From Geosiphon pyriformis uo1 (Eukaryota > Fungi > Glomeromycota), in the NCBI GenBank assembly GCA_016748015.1, contig JAAOMT010000082.1, positions 48,857 to 112,856 of the forward strand: a stretch of 64,000 nt of DNA, given 5' to 3'. The notes below the pieces were generated by a model, which saw only the letters and a list, made by a program, of their open reading frames with translations, did no database searches and had not been told where the DNA came from. The stretch's first letter is position 1. The number at the start of each line of letters is the position of its first letter. This document shows, in pieces, positions 11,844 through 25,560 of the stretch. The position numbers were made by a program, and so were the translations under genes.

Positions 11844-14059
11844 TTTTTTTGAGTTTTTTAATTTTATAATCAATAATATTACTTATAAAATAATAAATAA
11901 ATTAACAAATAATATAATATTAAAATTTTAAAAAACCAAAAAAAATTTTAAAAATTTTAAATTTTTCTATTATAAAAATTTATATGATAATAGTAATTTT
12001 AAAAACAAAAAAAATATTAAATTATTAATTTATTTAATTTAAAAGTTAATAAATTTAGTATTTAAATAAAATTTTTATTTAATAAAAACACAATTATTAT
12101 ATTAAATTAAATTAAACTATTTATTAAAATTGTATATATATATAAATCATAATTTACCTTATTAATAATTATTTATTTTTAATATTAAACTTATTAAAAC
12201 AATCAATATTAATAGTGCTTATTTAAAAAATCTAATAATATTAAAAAATAGCTTTTAATTATAATTATTAACAAAATATTAACTTTTTATTTATTTATTT
12301 TTGTATTATGATTTAATTATTTTTTTTACTATTAACAATTTATGTTTATAAACTTCAATACTTAATCACACTAAACCAATAGTTTTTGATCATGGCTATT
12401 GATAAGATACTAATTTTATTTTTTTATTTTTTTATTTTTTTTTATTTTTTTTATTTTATTTTTTATTGTTTACTAATTAATAAAAAAATTAAGTATTGAG
12501 TATTTAACATTAAGAATAGCCTAGTAAAAAACCTAAAAACAAGAATAGAAAAGCTTACCAAAAGAGCATAACTGCCAGAATAAATTAGCCACCACACTAA
12601 AAAAAGAAATTCACAGAAAAAACCATTAATTAAATTTCTGTCTATTATTCAAAAGACTTAACCAAAACTTTCAGACTTCAAAACCTTTAGAAATTACCAA
12701 AATTTTTATCTATTAAACACCAAGTTAGAGATTTGTTATTTGTTTTAACACTTCAAATAATTATTTGTAATATTTGATGCTTTTTGTAAAGTATAATTCA
12801 ACAAAAAACTGTATTAATATTAACTATTTGGAAAAATAACAGACCAAAAAATTATAGAAAAAAATCATTTAAGATTTGCAAAATTCTTATTTTAAAATTA
12901 CCAAACTTATCTTTAATTGACAAATAATCATTGATTAACAAAATTAGTTTTCAACTTTTATGCCAATAAAAAAATTAAATCTTACTTAAGAAACTTAAAA
13001 GATCCAGAACTGCCTTCAAAAATTTCTATAGTAAATAACTTCAAAGCACTATGTTTTCACAAAATTATTTGTTTATTTTACTAATTATAAAGATAAATCA
13101 AAAAATTAAGAATTACATCTAGTAAAGATTTTTTATTATCTTTGCAGACAAAAAAAATTACAAACTTCAGCAAAAACACCAAGAAAAATACAACCACCTA
13201 CTTGAAAAAAACCAAAAGTCATTTTATGTATTCATTTATTATACTATTATATACCAGAAAGTATTATCTATATACTATTAAGATTCATATTATTATTAAT
13301 TATAAAAACACTCTTATTCAAAGTATTATTCTAAAATAATTAAGAGAAAACCAAATTATTAAGAACTTATAGCAATTTTTTTGAAGAATTTAAATTGTAA
13401 TTAACAATATTATTAAGACTTTAATTACTGCTATCTTAATCAAATTTCGAATCTATCAATTATTAAGAAAATACCAAATCAGAAAAAAAAGACAGTAATC
13501 AGGAAAATAATAATCAAAATTTGATCTTAGATAATTTGAAAGTACAAATTCTGATTGTTTAAGCTTCATAAAACCCAAACAATCTAAATTTGCTCCTATT
13601 ATTTATAAAAACCTATCTTCAGTTATTGTGATAAATCCATTAGTTGTATCAATTACTGTATAATAACAGTTTTAATTACAATTTTAACAACACTTACAAT
13701 AACAATTACTACTAGCACTAATGGTCTATATACTAATTATAAAACTCAAAAAGTTTATCAACAAAAAAGACAATATCTAAATATGGTTGAATAATATAGT
13801 AAAAACCATTGCAGCCAACAGATGGGATAACATCAAAGCCTTTTAAGCAATTTTTTACTTCTTATAAGATGCTGCCAATTTATAATATCAAAATTTTGTA
13901 AATAAACTTCAAGATTTTGATGCATTTAAAACTGCATTTTTTTAGTATTTTAGCAATAACAATAACATTAATTATTTGTTAATTAGCTTTATTACCATCA
14001 AGCAAGATAATATTAAAACAGTTACTACTTACTTAAGATGCTTCTATAAAAATCTGTGC

Positions 14060-14922
14060 TGTTACTCATAAAAAAAAGTACAAGAAAGAAAGTAAAAAAA
14101 ACAGCCAGAAAAATAAATTAATAAAAGAATAGTATTTAATAAGTGAGCACAATATTACTAAATTATACTATACTGCTTAGCAATAAGCACATTGTTATAA
14201 AATTATAACACATTGCTTAAGAATATGTAAGATCTTATATAATAAGAATTATATATATATAGCAAAAGTATTAAAAGCAGAAAAATAAAAATTAATCCAA
14301 ACAAGTTAATTAGAATTCATTAATTATTTAATATCTCTTTTTTTAAAAAATAGTTTTCTACAACTTGAAAAAAAATCAAAACACATTTTAATAAAAATAT
14401 TAATTATTATTTAAATTCATGCTATTATCATTTGATTAAGAAATATTAATTAATTCTATACTCTTAACATTTTATGTTAATAAAATTTAATACTTAACCA
14501 TACTAAACTAATAGCTTTTGATTATAACTATTGACAAAATACTAATTCTTTATTTTTTTTCTTATTTTCTTTATTTTTTTTATTTTTTTTTGTTTCATTT
14601 CTTTGTTGTTTATTAATTAATTAAAGAAATTAAGTACTAAGTATTTGACATCAAAAATAGTTTAATAAAAGACTTAAAAATAAGAATAGAAATTTAAGAA
14701 TAGCTTACCAAAAAGGCATAACTGTCAAAATAAATTAGCCAGCATACTGAAAAAAAAAATTCATAAAAGAAACTATCAATTAAATCTCTATTTATTATAC
14801 AAAAAACTCAACTAAAACTTTTAAACTCTAAAATCTTCAAAAAATACCAACATTCTCAGCTATTGAGTTTTAAGTTACAGATTTGTTATTTGTTTTAATA
14901 TCTCAAATAATCACTTGTAATA
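14060..14922 (+). repeat. Gypsy LTR (family B type), array unit 2
   Basis: Starts TGTTACTCATA, ends TGTAATA (decayed TGTAACA), followed by TTTGGTGCTC. Its 3' half is homologous to the LTR at 27241-28109. Confidence 0.85.
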
Positions 14923-14924
14923 TT

Positions 14925-14940
14925 TGGTGCTCTTTATAAA
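14925..14940 (+). promoter_or_regulatory. Primer-binding site (TGGTGCTC...)
   Basis: TGG-initiated tract 2 nt after the LTR end; repeated at ~12775 (TGATGCTT) and ~17045 (TGGTGCTA). Confidence 0.65.
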
Positions 14941-16191
14941 ATATAATTTAACAGAGAATTGGCATTAACATCAATTATCTAGAAAAGTGGCAGACCAAAA
15001 AATCATAGGAGAAAATTATTTAGGATTTGTAAAATTCTTATTTCAATATTACCAAATTTACTTTAGACTAACAAGTAATTATTGGCTAACAAAATCAGTT
15101 TTTAACTTCTATGTTAATAAAAAAATTAAATTATATTTGAGAAATTAAGAAGATTTAGAAGCTGTCCTCAGAAATTTCTATAGTGAATTATTACAAAGCA
15201 CTACACTTCCACCAAACTATCTGTTTGTACCACTAATCACAAAAATTACATTTAGCAAAAATTTCTTATTACTTTTGCAGACAAAGAAAAATTACAAATT
15301 TTAGCAAAAACATCAAAAAAAATACAACTATTTACTTAGAAAAAACCAAGAGTTATTTTACTTATTCACTTATTATACTATTATACATTAGAAAGTACTA
15401 TCCATATATTATTAGAATTTACATCACTATTAATTGCAAAAATACTCTTATTTAAAGTACTATTCTAAAATAATCAAGAGAAAGCCAAATTATTAAAAAT
15501 CTATTACAATTTTTTTGAAAGATTTAAATTGTGATCAACAACACTATCAAGACTTTAATTACTGTCATCTCAACCAAATTTTGGATCTACCAGTTATTGA
15601 AAAAATACTAAATCAAAAAAAAGACAATAATTAGGAAAATAATAATCAAAACCTAATTTTAAATAACCTAAAAGTACAAACTTTGATTGTTTAAGCTTCA
15701 CAAAACCCAAACAATCTAAATTTGCTTCTATTATTTACCAAAACTTATCTTCAGTTATTGTGATAAATTCACTAGTTGTATCAATTATTGTATAACAACA
15801 GTTTTAATTACAATTTTAACAACACTTACAATAACAATTACTACTAGCACTAATGGTCTATATACTAATTATAAAACTCAAAAAATTTATCAACAAAAAA
15901 GACAATATCTAAATATGGCTAAATAATGTAGTAAAAACCATTGCAGCCAACAGATAGGATAACATCAGAGCTTTTTAAGCAATTTTTTACTTCTTATAAA
16001 ATACTGCCAATTTATAATATCAAAATTTTGTAAATAAACTTCAAGATTTTGATGTATTTAAAACTACATTTTTTTAGTATTTTAGCAATAACAATAACAT
16101 TAATTATTTGTTAATTAGCTTTACTACTATTAAGCAAAATAATACTAAAACAATCACTATTTATTTAAGATATTTCTATAAAAATTTGCAC

Positions 16192-17042
16192 TGTTACTTA
16201 TAGAAAAGAGTACAAGAAAAAAAATAGAAAAAACAGCCAGAAAAATAAACCAATAGAAGAATAATATTTAGTAAATAAGCACAATATCAGTGAATTATGT
16301 CATACTGTTCAGCAATAAGCATATTGTCAAAAAAATTAAGGTATACTGCTCAAAAATATGTGAGATTTTATATAATAAGAATTATATATATATAGCAAAA
16401 GTATTAGAAGCAGAAAAGTAAAAATTAATTCAGACAAGTTAATTAAAACTTATTAATTATCCAATATTTTTTTCTTTAAAAAGTAGTTTTTTACAACTTA
16501 AAAAAAAATCAAACCACATCTTAATAAAAATATTAATTATTATCTGAATTTATGCTATTATTACTTAATTAAGAAATATTAATCAATTCTATACTATTAA
16601 TACTCTATATTAATAGAATCTAATACTTAACTACATTAAACCAATAACTCTTAATTATGATTATTGACAGAATATTAATTTTTTATTTTTTATTTTCTTT
16701 ATTTTTTTTTATTTTCTTTTGTTTTATTTTTTTGTTGTTTACTAATTAATTAAAAAAATTAAGTATTTAACATCAAGAATAGCCTAATAAAAAACTCAGA
16801 AATAAGAATAAAAATTTAAAAATAGCTTACCAAAAGAGCATAACTGCTAAAATAAACTGGCCAGCACATTAAAAAAAAATTCATGAAAAAAACTATCAAT
16901 TAAATTTCTGTTCATTATACAAAAAACTCAACTGAAACTTTTAGACACCAAAATTTTCAGAAAGTACCAATATTTTCAGCTATTAAGTCTCAAGTTACAG
17001 ATTTGTTATTTGTTTTAACACTTCAAATAATTATTTGTAATA
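16192..17042 (+). repeat. Gypsy LTR (family B type), array unit 3
   Basis: TGTTACTTATA...TGTAATA; colinear with 14060-14922. Confidence 0.85.
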
Positions 17043-17285
17043 TTTGGTGCTATTTGTAAAATATAATCTAACAGAAAATAAACATTAATATCAATTATCT
17101 AAAAAAGTGGCAGACCAAAAAATCATAGAAGAAAATTATTTAAGATTTGTGAAATCTTTATTTCAATATTACCAAATTTATTTTGAACTAACAAATAACT
17201 ATTGGCTCACAAAATTAGTTTTTAATTTCTATGTCAATAAAAAAATTAAATCATACTTGAGAAATTAAGGAGATTCAAAAGCTGC

Positions 17286-17420
17286 TATTACTAAAAATTT
17301 TTGGTTTTTTTTACTGAATGTTGTTAATGTTTATTTGCTGTGAATTCATGTTCTTAGGAAATATTTAAACCTCTGATAACTAAATTTATCTTTAAATTAT
17401 TTTTTATAATTTGAACTGCT
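17286..17420 (-). repeat. Decayed LTR end related to the Gypsy-A LTR; interrupts array unit 3 (may extend to ~17830)
   Basis: TATTACTAAAAATTTTTGG..TTATTTGCTGTGAATTCATGTT..TATAATTTGAAC aligns with 30440-30575. Confidence 0.7.
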
Positions 17421-17835
17421 GAAAAATACTGTTTTTAAAACACTTTTAAAATCAAATTAGTCAATTTTTTTGGATTATATAGCTTATAATTAAATTTTTT
17501 TATTGTTATTTTGAATTTAAGAAAATTTTAATGCTGTTTTTAATAAAATTAATATTTAAAAAAACTAGATTTGGTTAAAAATACAAAATATGTAAATTTA
17601 ATAAATAGACAAAATTAACAAAAATTACTAAATTACCAAATTTACATATGTAATTTAAAAAATATTAAATATTAAGAATAGCTTTATAATATTAACATAA
17701 TTTCAAACACAAAACAAATTATATTAATAATTTATTTTAATATTTATAATATTTGTACATTATTAAAATTATGTAATAAATAATATATAATATTTAATAA
17801 TAATATATTATATTGTTAATTAATAATTTAAAAAT

Positions 17836-18680
17836 AATTGGGATATTACCACTAAGGTATGGCATTCTAATTCACATATGCTTGCTGGTTTTACTAGTCG
17901 GAGGTTTTTCTGTCTTCACACATACTTGATGAAAGCTGTGCATCGATGGCTTCTTGTAACAGTTAGAAAATAGTTATATAATAGATTTTACCCTGGTGTG
18001 CTTTGTTTACTGTGTCATGAAGTAGAATTATCAGATCATGTTTTCACGTGTTCTTATGATGTGGAGATTTATAGAGAAGTTTTGGCTGTGGCATCTGCGG
18101 ATTGGCTTTCCATGGTTGGTCTTTGTGGCTCATTGTCTTCTGCTGTTTTGCGATTTCTTGGTTGGTGTTCTGTGGATATTAAATTATATTCAGTTTTGTG
18201 TAAAGGGTTTGTGTTGAGGGAATAATGTGCTGAAGCTGTGGGAATTTTTGATAGTAAAAAGGAGACTGTCAGTGCTGTGGTAGGCTTTGTTGAGCATTTA
18301 GTTGAGCTGCATTATTCTAAGGCCTGGTTGGTGAGGTTGGTGTTTAGAGTGAGAATAGAGAAAGCTGGTTTGGTTGGAGATGATAGTTTGTTTTCAGGTT
18401 TGTTTCGCTGCTTGGGTTTTTTGTTGTCCAATAAGATGGTAAGAATGCTCAGTGTTGCTGGCTTTTTTGCTGTTAGTTTTGGCTGTTGCAGGTCTTGTCT
18501 CTTTTTCTCTGGTTTGGATGGTAGTCCGTGTATTAGTATTGGTGTGTAGTATTGTCTTGTCTGGCCTGAATGACTAATTACATGTAAAAAATGTGAGCTG
18601 TATTTAGTTTGAGCCTCTTAGTTTGGTTCTATGTATTAGATAGCAGTTGGACTTCATTCATTAAAAGCATAATAAAAAAA
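17836..18680 (+). mobile_element. 5'-truncated LINE (3' end of ORF2, 3' UTR, poly(A))
   Basis: VWHSNSHMLAGFTS..CLLCHEVELSDHVFTC..SPCISIGV* followed by the shared 3' UTR and an A-tail; tail-to-tail with LINE B. Confidence 0.88.
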
Positions 18681-18754
18681 ATAAATAATAATTTATTATT
18701 TAAAATAAATAAATTCATTAATATTAAAGCTTTTTTATGTAAAATTTTTATTTT

Positions 18755-21700
18755 ATTTTATTTTATTTTAACAAGTGAGGTCCAAACACTACCTAGTGCT
18801 ATACATTAAAGAAATAATCTAAACTAGGCATAAATTATGCACTTTCTATACGTAATCAGCCACTTGGGCCAATCAGAACAATATTATGCAACTATATGAA
18901 CTGAAACCAAGTCACATATACTTGAGAAAAATAAACAAAATTTGCAGAACTCAAAACAAACTCCAAAAGCTTCAGTAATGCCAAGCAATTTGATCACACC
19001 AGTAGAAAACCCCAATATCAAACCAGAAATTGACACAAAAACCAAATCATTCAATAGAATCAATCTAGCCTTCTCTATATAGACACAATGTTTAACACGT
19101 ATTATTCAAATATCATTCCTAAAGATGAGACCAAGAGAGTGCACAAATTTAATAACCTCTAAACTGACAACCTTGGGATTATAAAAGATGGAAATGGCTT
19201 TGTGAAACCAATTATCAAAAACAAAATCTTTATATAAAGTCATGGATATGGAGAAATCAGAAACACAAGATGACAATAGCTGCAACACACTTGAAGAGAA
19301 GTGAGAGAAACCAGAAAGAGCCTTCCATGAAGCCATATGGGAATTTAATATTTGATGTTTAGTAGAATTGTTGACCTCACAAAAAAACACATGATTTAAC
19401 ATCTTTATATTACCACAATACAAACACAACACACTAGAATAATATTTATCATAAAAACATTTCTAAATGGCAACAGACAGCCAATAATGTAAGGCTTTCA
19501 TAAAATAAGTATGTGCACTAGCTGATGATCTGCTAGTAAAACCAGCAGTTATGTGCAAATCAGGATGCCACACCAGCAATGAACAGAGCCAATTGACTTT
19601 ATAAAGCAAGTTATCTGTTAAAAACTTGGAACCAGAACCAACTTCTCAGCATACATAACAAATAAAATGATAAATATTACATATAAAATGTTTATAATTG
19701 CCAGAAACAACACCATTATTAGCCATTATAAAGCATTTATCCAAGCAAAGAAGAAGATTCCAACCAAGAAAGAGGTGGTACCAACAATCATATTAGCATG
19801 CTCATTCTCTGAAATGCCAGAGTAACCTTTTACTTTGTGCCAATTAACTCTTAAATTCTTACTATAAATGACATTAACAATATGCTAATGCTCAATCTAA
19901 TACTGATTGCAAAAGTCAGAATACACCAGACCTAATTCTAACTTACAAGCATCCAGAGCAAATTGACTATCTGAAAACAAATGAACAGAGCTAAATAAAA
20001 GAATACACTTCAGGACCAGTGCAATAGCCTGTAATTCTACTATAGTTGATAACATCATACCCAATATATTAATGCCCAAACCCAAATTAATGTTCTTAAA
20101 AAAAGTGGCAGCACCAGCTTTATAGCCAACTGTGTCCAAATTCTTTAAAGACCTATCCATATATACAGATAAACTACCAGAACCAATCTGAAAGAAATAG
20201 TCACAAACAAATACAAAATTACCAGAGTTAAGAATGTTTAAAAGACCAACTCCACTCAAAACCAAAGGATGAGTAGAAAAGAAAGCCATACCATTGAAAA
20301 ATGTTACAGAAATTTTGAACCACTTGGGAACAGAGCCAAAGAAATCCAGTCTCTTCGACCACCTGAAAATACACCAATCAAAGACAGCATCATAACTATT
20401 ACAAAGTTAATTCACAAAAACTATGCCATATTAATAGAGAAAAAAAAAAAACTTGAGAAATCTTGACTTACCCAAAACAGCAGACATGGAAATCCCACTA
20501 TAACACTAAAAAGAACTGGTCAAAAAGCTGCCCAGAGACAAATTGCAATCAAGAAGAATATGAATCATGTCTGCCAGAAAGTTATTAGAAGCATTGACAC
20601 AAATATGGACAGGATAACCCAATAAATGAACAAAGCACTAATACAGAACTTGTAAATCATAAGACCTGTAAAAAAACAAGTGACCCAAAACACCATCAGA
20701 GTTTACAAAACTAATAAGAAAAGCAATTTTACTCTTAGACTGAACTTGTAAAAAAGATTTCAGATCATAAAAGAAAAAGTGATAAATTGTATCACTAAGA
20801 AAATTGAGTGGTAAACCAGATTTAAGTTTCAAGTTCTTATGAATTAGAGCATCTTACTTGTTGCACATATTAATAGAAACAAAGCTAAACTGCATCCTAT
20901 AGCTAACTATAGAATAGAGAACTGCTAACACCAAATACAAGAGCTGCTTATCTAAGATAACCTTTCTCAAAACCAGATTGGTAAAAAAATGAATGTCTGA
21001 ATTGCCTTAGCCAAACTAGACTTCAAGAGACCCTCAATTAAAAAAATATATCCAAATACTAATAAGATTTACCCTTTTTGGCAATAGAGATTGGTGAGCT
21101 ATTAATAGAAAAAGAAGAATTGTTGACCCTGCTATTGATGGAAATAGCTACTGTTTTGTTATTATTAATTGAAATGTCATTGATCTGAAAAAATTCACCA
21201 GCAATATTGAGAATATGTTGGGTAGCACTCTAACTGCTACCAACCTAAATTATATCATTGACAAAAACACCAGCAGCAAAAAAGAATGAAAGTTCAGTCT
21301 GAGATTCAACATGATCACTTTTGAAAATAAAATAAGAATTCAATCTATACTTATACATACTTTCTTGGCACTTGACTTTACACAATAAAGGATCATAAAA
21401 TATGTGTCACAAAAGAGGAGAAAATACCTCTTTCTGGTTCAAACTATTATGCATATGATAACCACCCATCAAACCAAAATCTGTCATAACTCAGTTGGTG
21501 CAATTTCTATAAATACTACTGAAAAATCAAATGAACTTGCTGCACATTTTAATCTTAACCAAACTCTTTTCAAGATGCTTTCAGCCAACTGAATTGTATG
21601 CTTTTTGCATGTCTTGTAAAACTAATCAAAGCTTCTAATCTTTTTTCAAAGCATTCTCAATAACTGAACCAATTGTGAAAATGGAAGACTAAGTTATTAT

Positions 21701-24700
21701 ATCCTTCAAAACCAAAAAATTGTCCTTACAAAAAATGTCAAAAATACTGCAAGCCAAAGAAATCCTGTCAGAAAAAATCTTGGAAAAAATCTTACAAGCC
21801 ATTTCAATTAAAATAATAGAACAGATATTTGTCAGAACACTTTTCCACTCATATGGTTTGAAAATCATCAAAACCCAAGCCTTCTTCTAAGAGCTGAGCA
21901 CCAATTTACCAGACAAACAAAAATTCAAAAGTGCCAAAAGCATATTCAAAACTGTCTTATTACAATGCTTCCAAAACTCATTTAATACACCTGAGAAACC
22001 AGCAGCTTTGTCATTAGGCAGATTAGAAACCACTCTAAACAATTCATCAAATTCAAACAAACACATAACACCAGAAAAGAGTTTATCAAAAACATACTCC
22101 AAAAGTTGATATTGATAATGCCAGTTACCAGAAATATTATCTACCACTCTATACTTTTCAGTCTAACTCTCCATGATCACATCTATCTTAAACTTAACCA
22201 AATCAGATTGCAGAATCAGTTCATCATTAACTATCAAATGATTAAGTACCACTTTGTGAAACAAATATTCTAGCACACTTCTAATCATATAATCTTTATT
22301 AACTTCAAAGCTTTCTATTTTCTTATTAATATTAGATCTGATGTTTGCCTCTTTAGCCCTCAGAGATTCAGCAAGCTTGGCAGCACAGTAAGATTTTTTA
22401 GCACTCAAGAGAGCAGAATAGATATGATTAGAGCCAATATCAGAGTTCACTACATTCTAAATAACTAAAGCCTTAATATTGTTTAAAGAAATCCAGCATT
22501 TCATAAAAGAATCAAAATTCACAACACTTTCCTCATGCGAGGCCTTAACAATTCTAAAAACCAAAAGTACCAATTTGTGAAATCTCAAAGATTTCTTGGT
22601 GAAGACATCATCAAAGTTCTTGAACCATTTCTTCTTAAACATCTTATTAGCCAAGAGAACCATTATTTTGCGAACAATATCTCACATTACATTTAAATCT
22701 GAAAACCTTGTGAAGATGGCAAACTCATCTAAAAACATTGCTGCATTGGCCAATATAGCATCCTTAAAACCATTCTATTTAGTCTTATTGGCATCCTTAA
22801 AATTGAACTTTCATCAATTGCTATTTGCTTGCTTGCAAAGAAAGTTTAGCTGTGTATCCAAAAATTCTCTCAAACCCACAAACACAGAAATGGATCAGTG
22901 ATCTGTATCAAAATGCTTGCTGACTTTTGAAACATCATGATACACTATTACATTAATCAGATTTAGAGAAACAAACACATAATTAATTATTTCATGATGC
23001 CTCTAAAATTTGCCCAAGTAGGCTCTTTTACAATTGGGCTGCTGACCAAGAAATTAATTAGTTCCAAATCAAGGCATTTTTTAAAACTTGCACACTTATG
23101 GGAACTATTCTCATTAAAATCACCACTGAAAATAACAAAAAAAATTCATTGACAGCCTTTGCAATAAGAAAATTGATATTATCAGCCTAAGAAAACTGAA
23201 CTGCCAAAGAAGTACCAACATAAAGCCCTAAAATCAACACTGAAAGTTTATTCTTAAAAAGCAACTTGATAGACAGAAGCCAACCAGGCACCTCTAAAAC
23301 CTTGCACACATGTTTTGTCAAAGAAAAGTTTATGATAACCACAATATTAGCACCTAGATAACCAGATTCCAAACCAGAGATAAACATTCACACACTACCA
23401 AATTTGTTGACAATCCAGAGGCAAACTTTTTTTTTAACTTTGATTCCATAAAAATAGAAACTAAATTGTCTTTGTCTCTATGCTAACAAATGATATCATT
23501 TTGTTTTGCAGAATTGTTCATTTTTCTAATATTACAAGTAGCAATTTTTCAAACCAAACCACTCATTGAGAAGAAAAAAACATTCGAAAACTTGAGCCAA
23601 CACACAACTGATCCAACTTCACCAAAACTGAACCAATTGAGACTTCCAGAGCCACCAACTTGGATTCCAAACAGCCCATCTTAGTTGTCAAAATTTTTAA
23701 GCTACTGAGACCCAGAGCCAAAACAACAAAGGGAGGTGTAGGCACTACTACAAAACTATTCAAAACCATATCTGAGTTCAAATCCAAGTCAATATTTATT
23801 AGGACAACTGAATGACCAGAAAAAGGAGGGAGGGCCAAAGGCACCAATTTCATGCCACTGATTTTGCACACAATACCAGAAACTTGATCACTCAAGAGCT
23901 CTAAGAAATGTTCCAAAGAGGCCAAACAAGCACTCAAAAATGAATTGTTGATCAAAACAAAAAGAGAATTACCACTCAAATCCAAGGCACCAGAAAGAAA
24001 AAAACCAGAATCAGAATCATAACCAAATTAAAGACCTCCAGAAAAAGATGCAAAAGAAACTATCTAAACCCAAGACTTGCCATCAAAAGCAGCAGAACAA
24101 AAAATAGAAACATTTTTTTTGGCATATAACCTGGTTAACTGAAGACCACTTACATCAGAAGTATTTCTTTTAAAGCTTTTTTTAGAAGGAGCAGACACCA
24201 GAATGTCAAAAGCATCACATTCCAAGACTGAGAGTTCGAACTTCCCATACTTTTTACACTAAACCAAGTTTAATTTGGCCCAAAAAAGTCTTATACCACT
24301 AAAAATTGGCTCAGTGCAAAATGTAGATTCAAGCTCATTTTCAGATTCAAAACCAATAACAGTGCAGTGAATCTAATTGCCAGTTTTCAGTGAACAATTA
24401 ATTACACAAATTTTCTTATCAGTCCCTTTTAAAAAAATACTAAGATTGTACACAGTTGTTCCTATTAACAAAGTAAACAAAAGCACCCTAAAGCAATCTC
24501 TAGACATTCAAGTATTCTGATCTCTTATGACTATAGCTACACACACTGAGTTCTTCTCAATAAGGAATGATCATCTTGATGCCAGTTGCTTTGCCTGTTC
24601 CAATTCGGCAAATTCTACCACAGTCTTCTGTTACATTCCAATTAACTAAATCTTGATCAACTTAATTTCCCTAAATACAGATACTGTAGCAATGATTATT

Positions 24701-25560
24701 TTCTTTGGTGTATTTATAAGAATTTTTTTAATTACTACAGCCCAATCTGAATGAATTTTTTGTTTTTTAAGATTATTGTTTATGGTAATCTCTTTCTTTC
24801 TGGCCAATGATATAGTCTTTTCCATGTTTTTCTCTGAGATAAATGTAGATCTGATGATCTCTTCAAAATTTAAGGAGATAGTGGTCCCCCCAGAACCATT
24901 GATTGTTGAAAAAATTTTTCTGATGAATTAAGTTTTTACCATTACCAATTTTCTTTTCACAGCCGAGAAATTAATGTCCAAAGCAAATAACTTTTTAACT
25001 GAGACCTTTATCTGAATCTTGACAATTTTGGGGTCAAACCACTTTTATCTAGAGAAATTGAGAGATGAGAAGAAAGAGAGACTTCTTCATTATCATTTAT
25101 GTCAAAGTTGAAAGAACTAAGTGAAGAACCAAAAACAGCACTAGTATTGACACACTTTGTTTTAAAAGTGTTGACAGCCAAATCCAAGAGAGACTCAACA
25201 TTAATGCCAGTTATATTAGCATCTTTTTCATTATCAGACAGATTATCCACATCAAAAAACATATTATTACTAAGCTCAGACTTGTTTAGAGAGATATTTT
25301 TTTTATTATCTGAGTGTTTGACATTTTTAAGCACAATTTTTTTTTTTTATAAGAAGAAGCCACTTACTAGACCATGAAAAACACCCTTTAATGTCTTCTT
25401 TTTAGACATGTTGTCACTAAAAGCAGTCTTCAAATCCACGAAAAAAGAGTTATTAGAAAGAAAAATTGTAAGATACTAACAAGAAAAAAAATAAAAAACT
25501 TCTTTTTAGAAAAGCACTTTTTAAGAATTTGTAGATGTAAGAAAAAAAGAAGTTTTCTTA
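18755..25560 (-). mobile_element. LINE copy B, full-length, decayed (ORF1 ~23563-25430; ORF2 ~18884-23566)
   Basis: APE, RT (KPYEW, GVFVNDII), RNase H (VYMDRSL, VELQAI, FSDSQ), Zn finger CLYCG..HVFFC; shared 3' UTR at 18770-18885. Confidence 0.92.

Larger units (their letters stand above)
12340..17285 (+). repeat. Tandem array (period ~2.13 kb, ~2.3 recognisable units) of Gypsy LTR + PBS + truncated gag
   Basis: Same motif recurs at ~12361, ~14493 and ~16626. Gag capsid remnant (AANRWDNIKAF*AIFYFL..FDAFKTAFF*YFSNNNNIN) in units 1 and 2, each cut at the same codon by TGTTAC. Confidence 0.88.

Noticed and set aside
13142-13339. 65-aa ORF as an independent gene
   Set aside because: Off-frame piece of the decayed gag N-terminal region in array unit 1.
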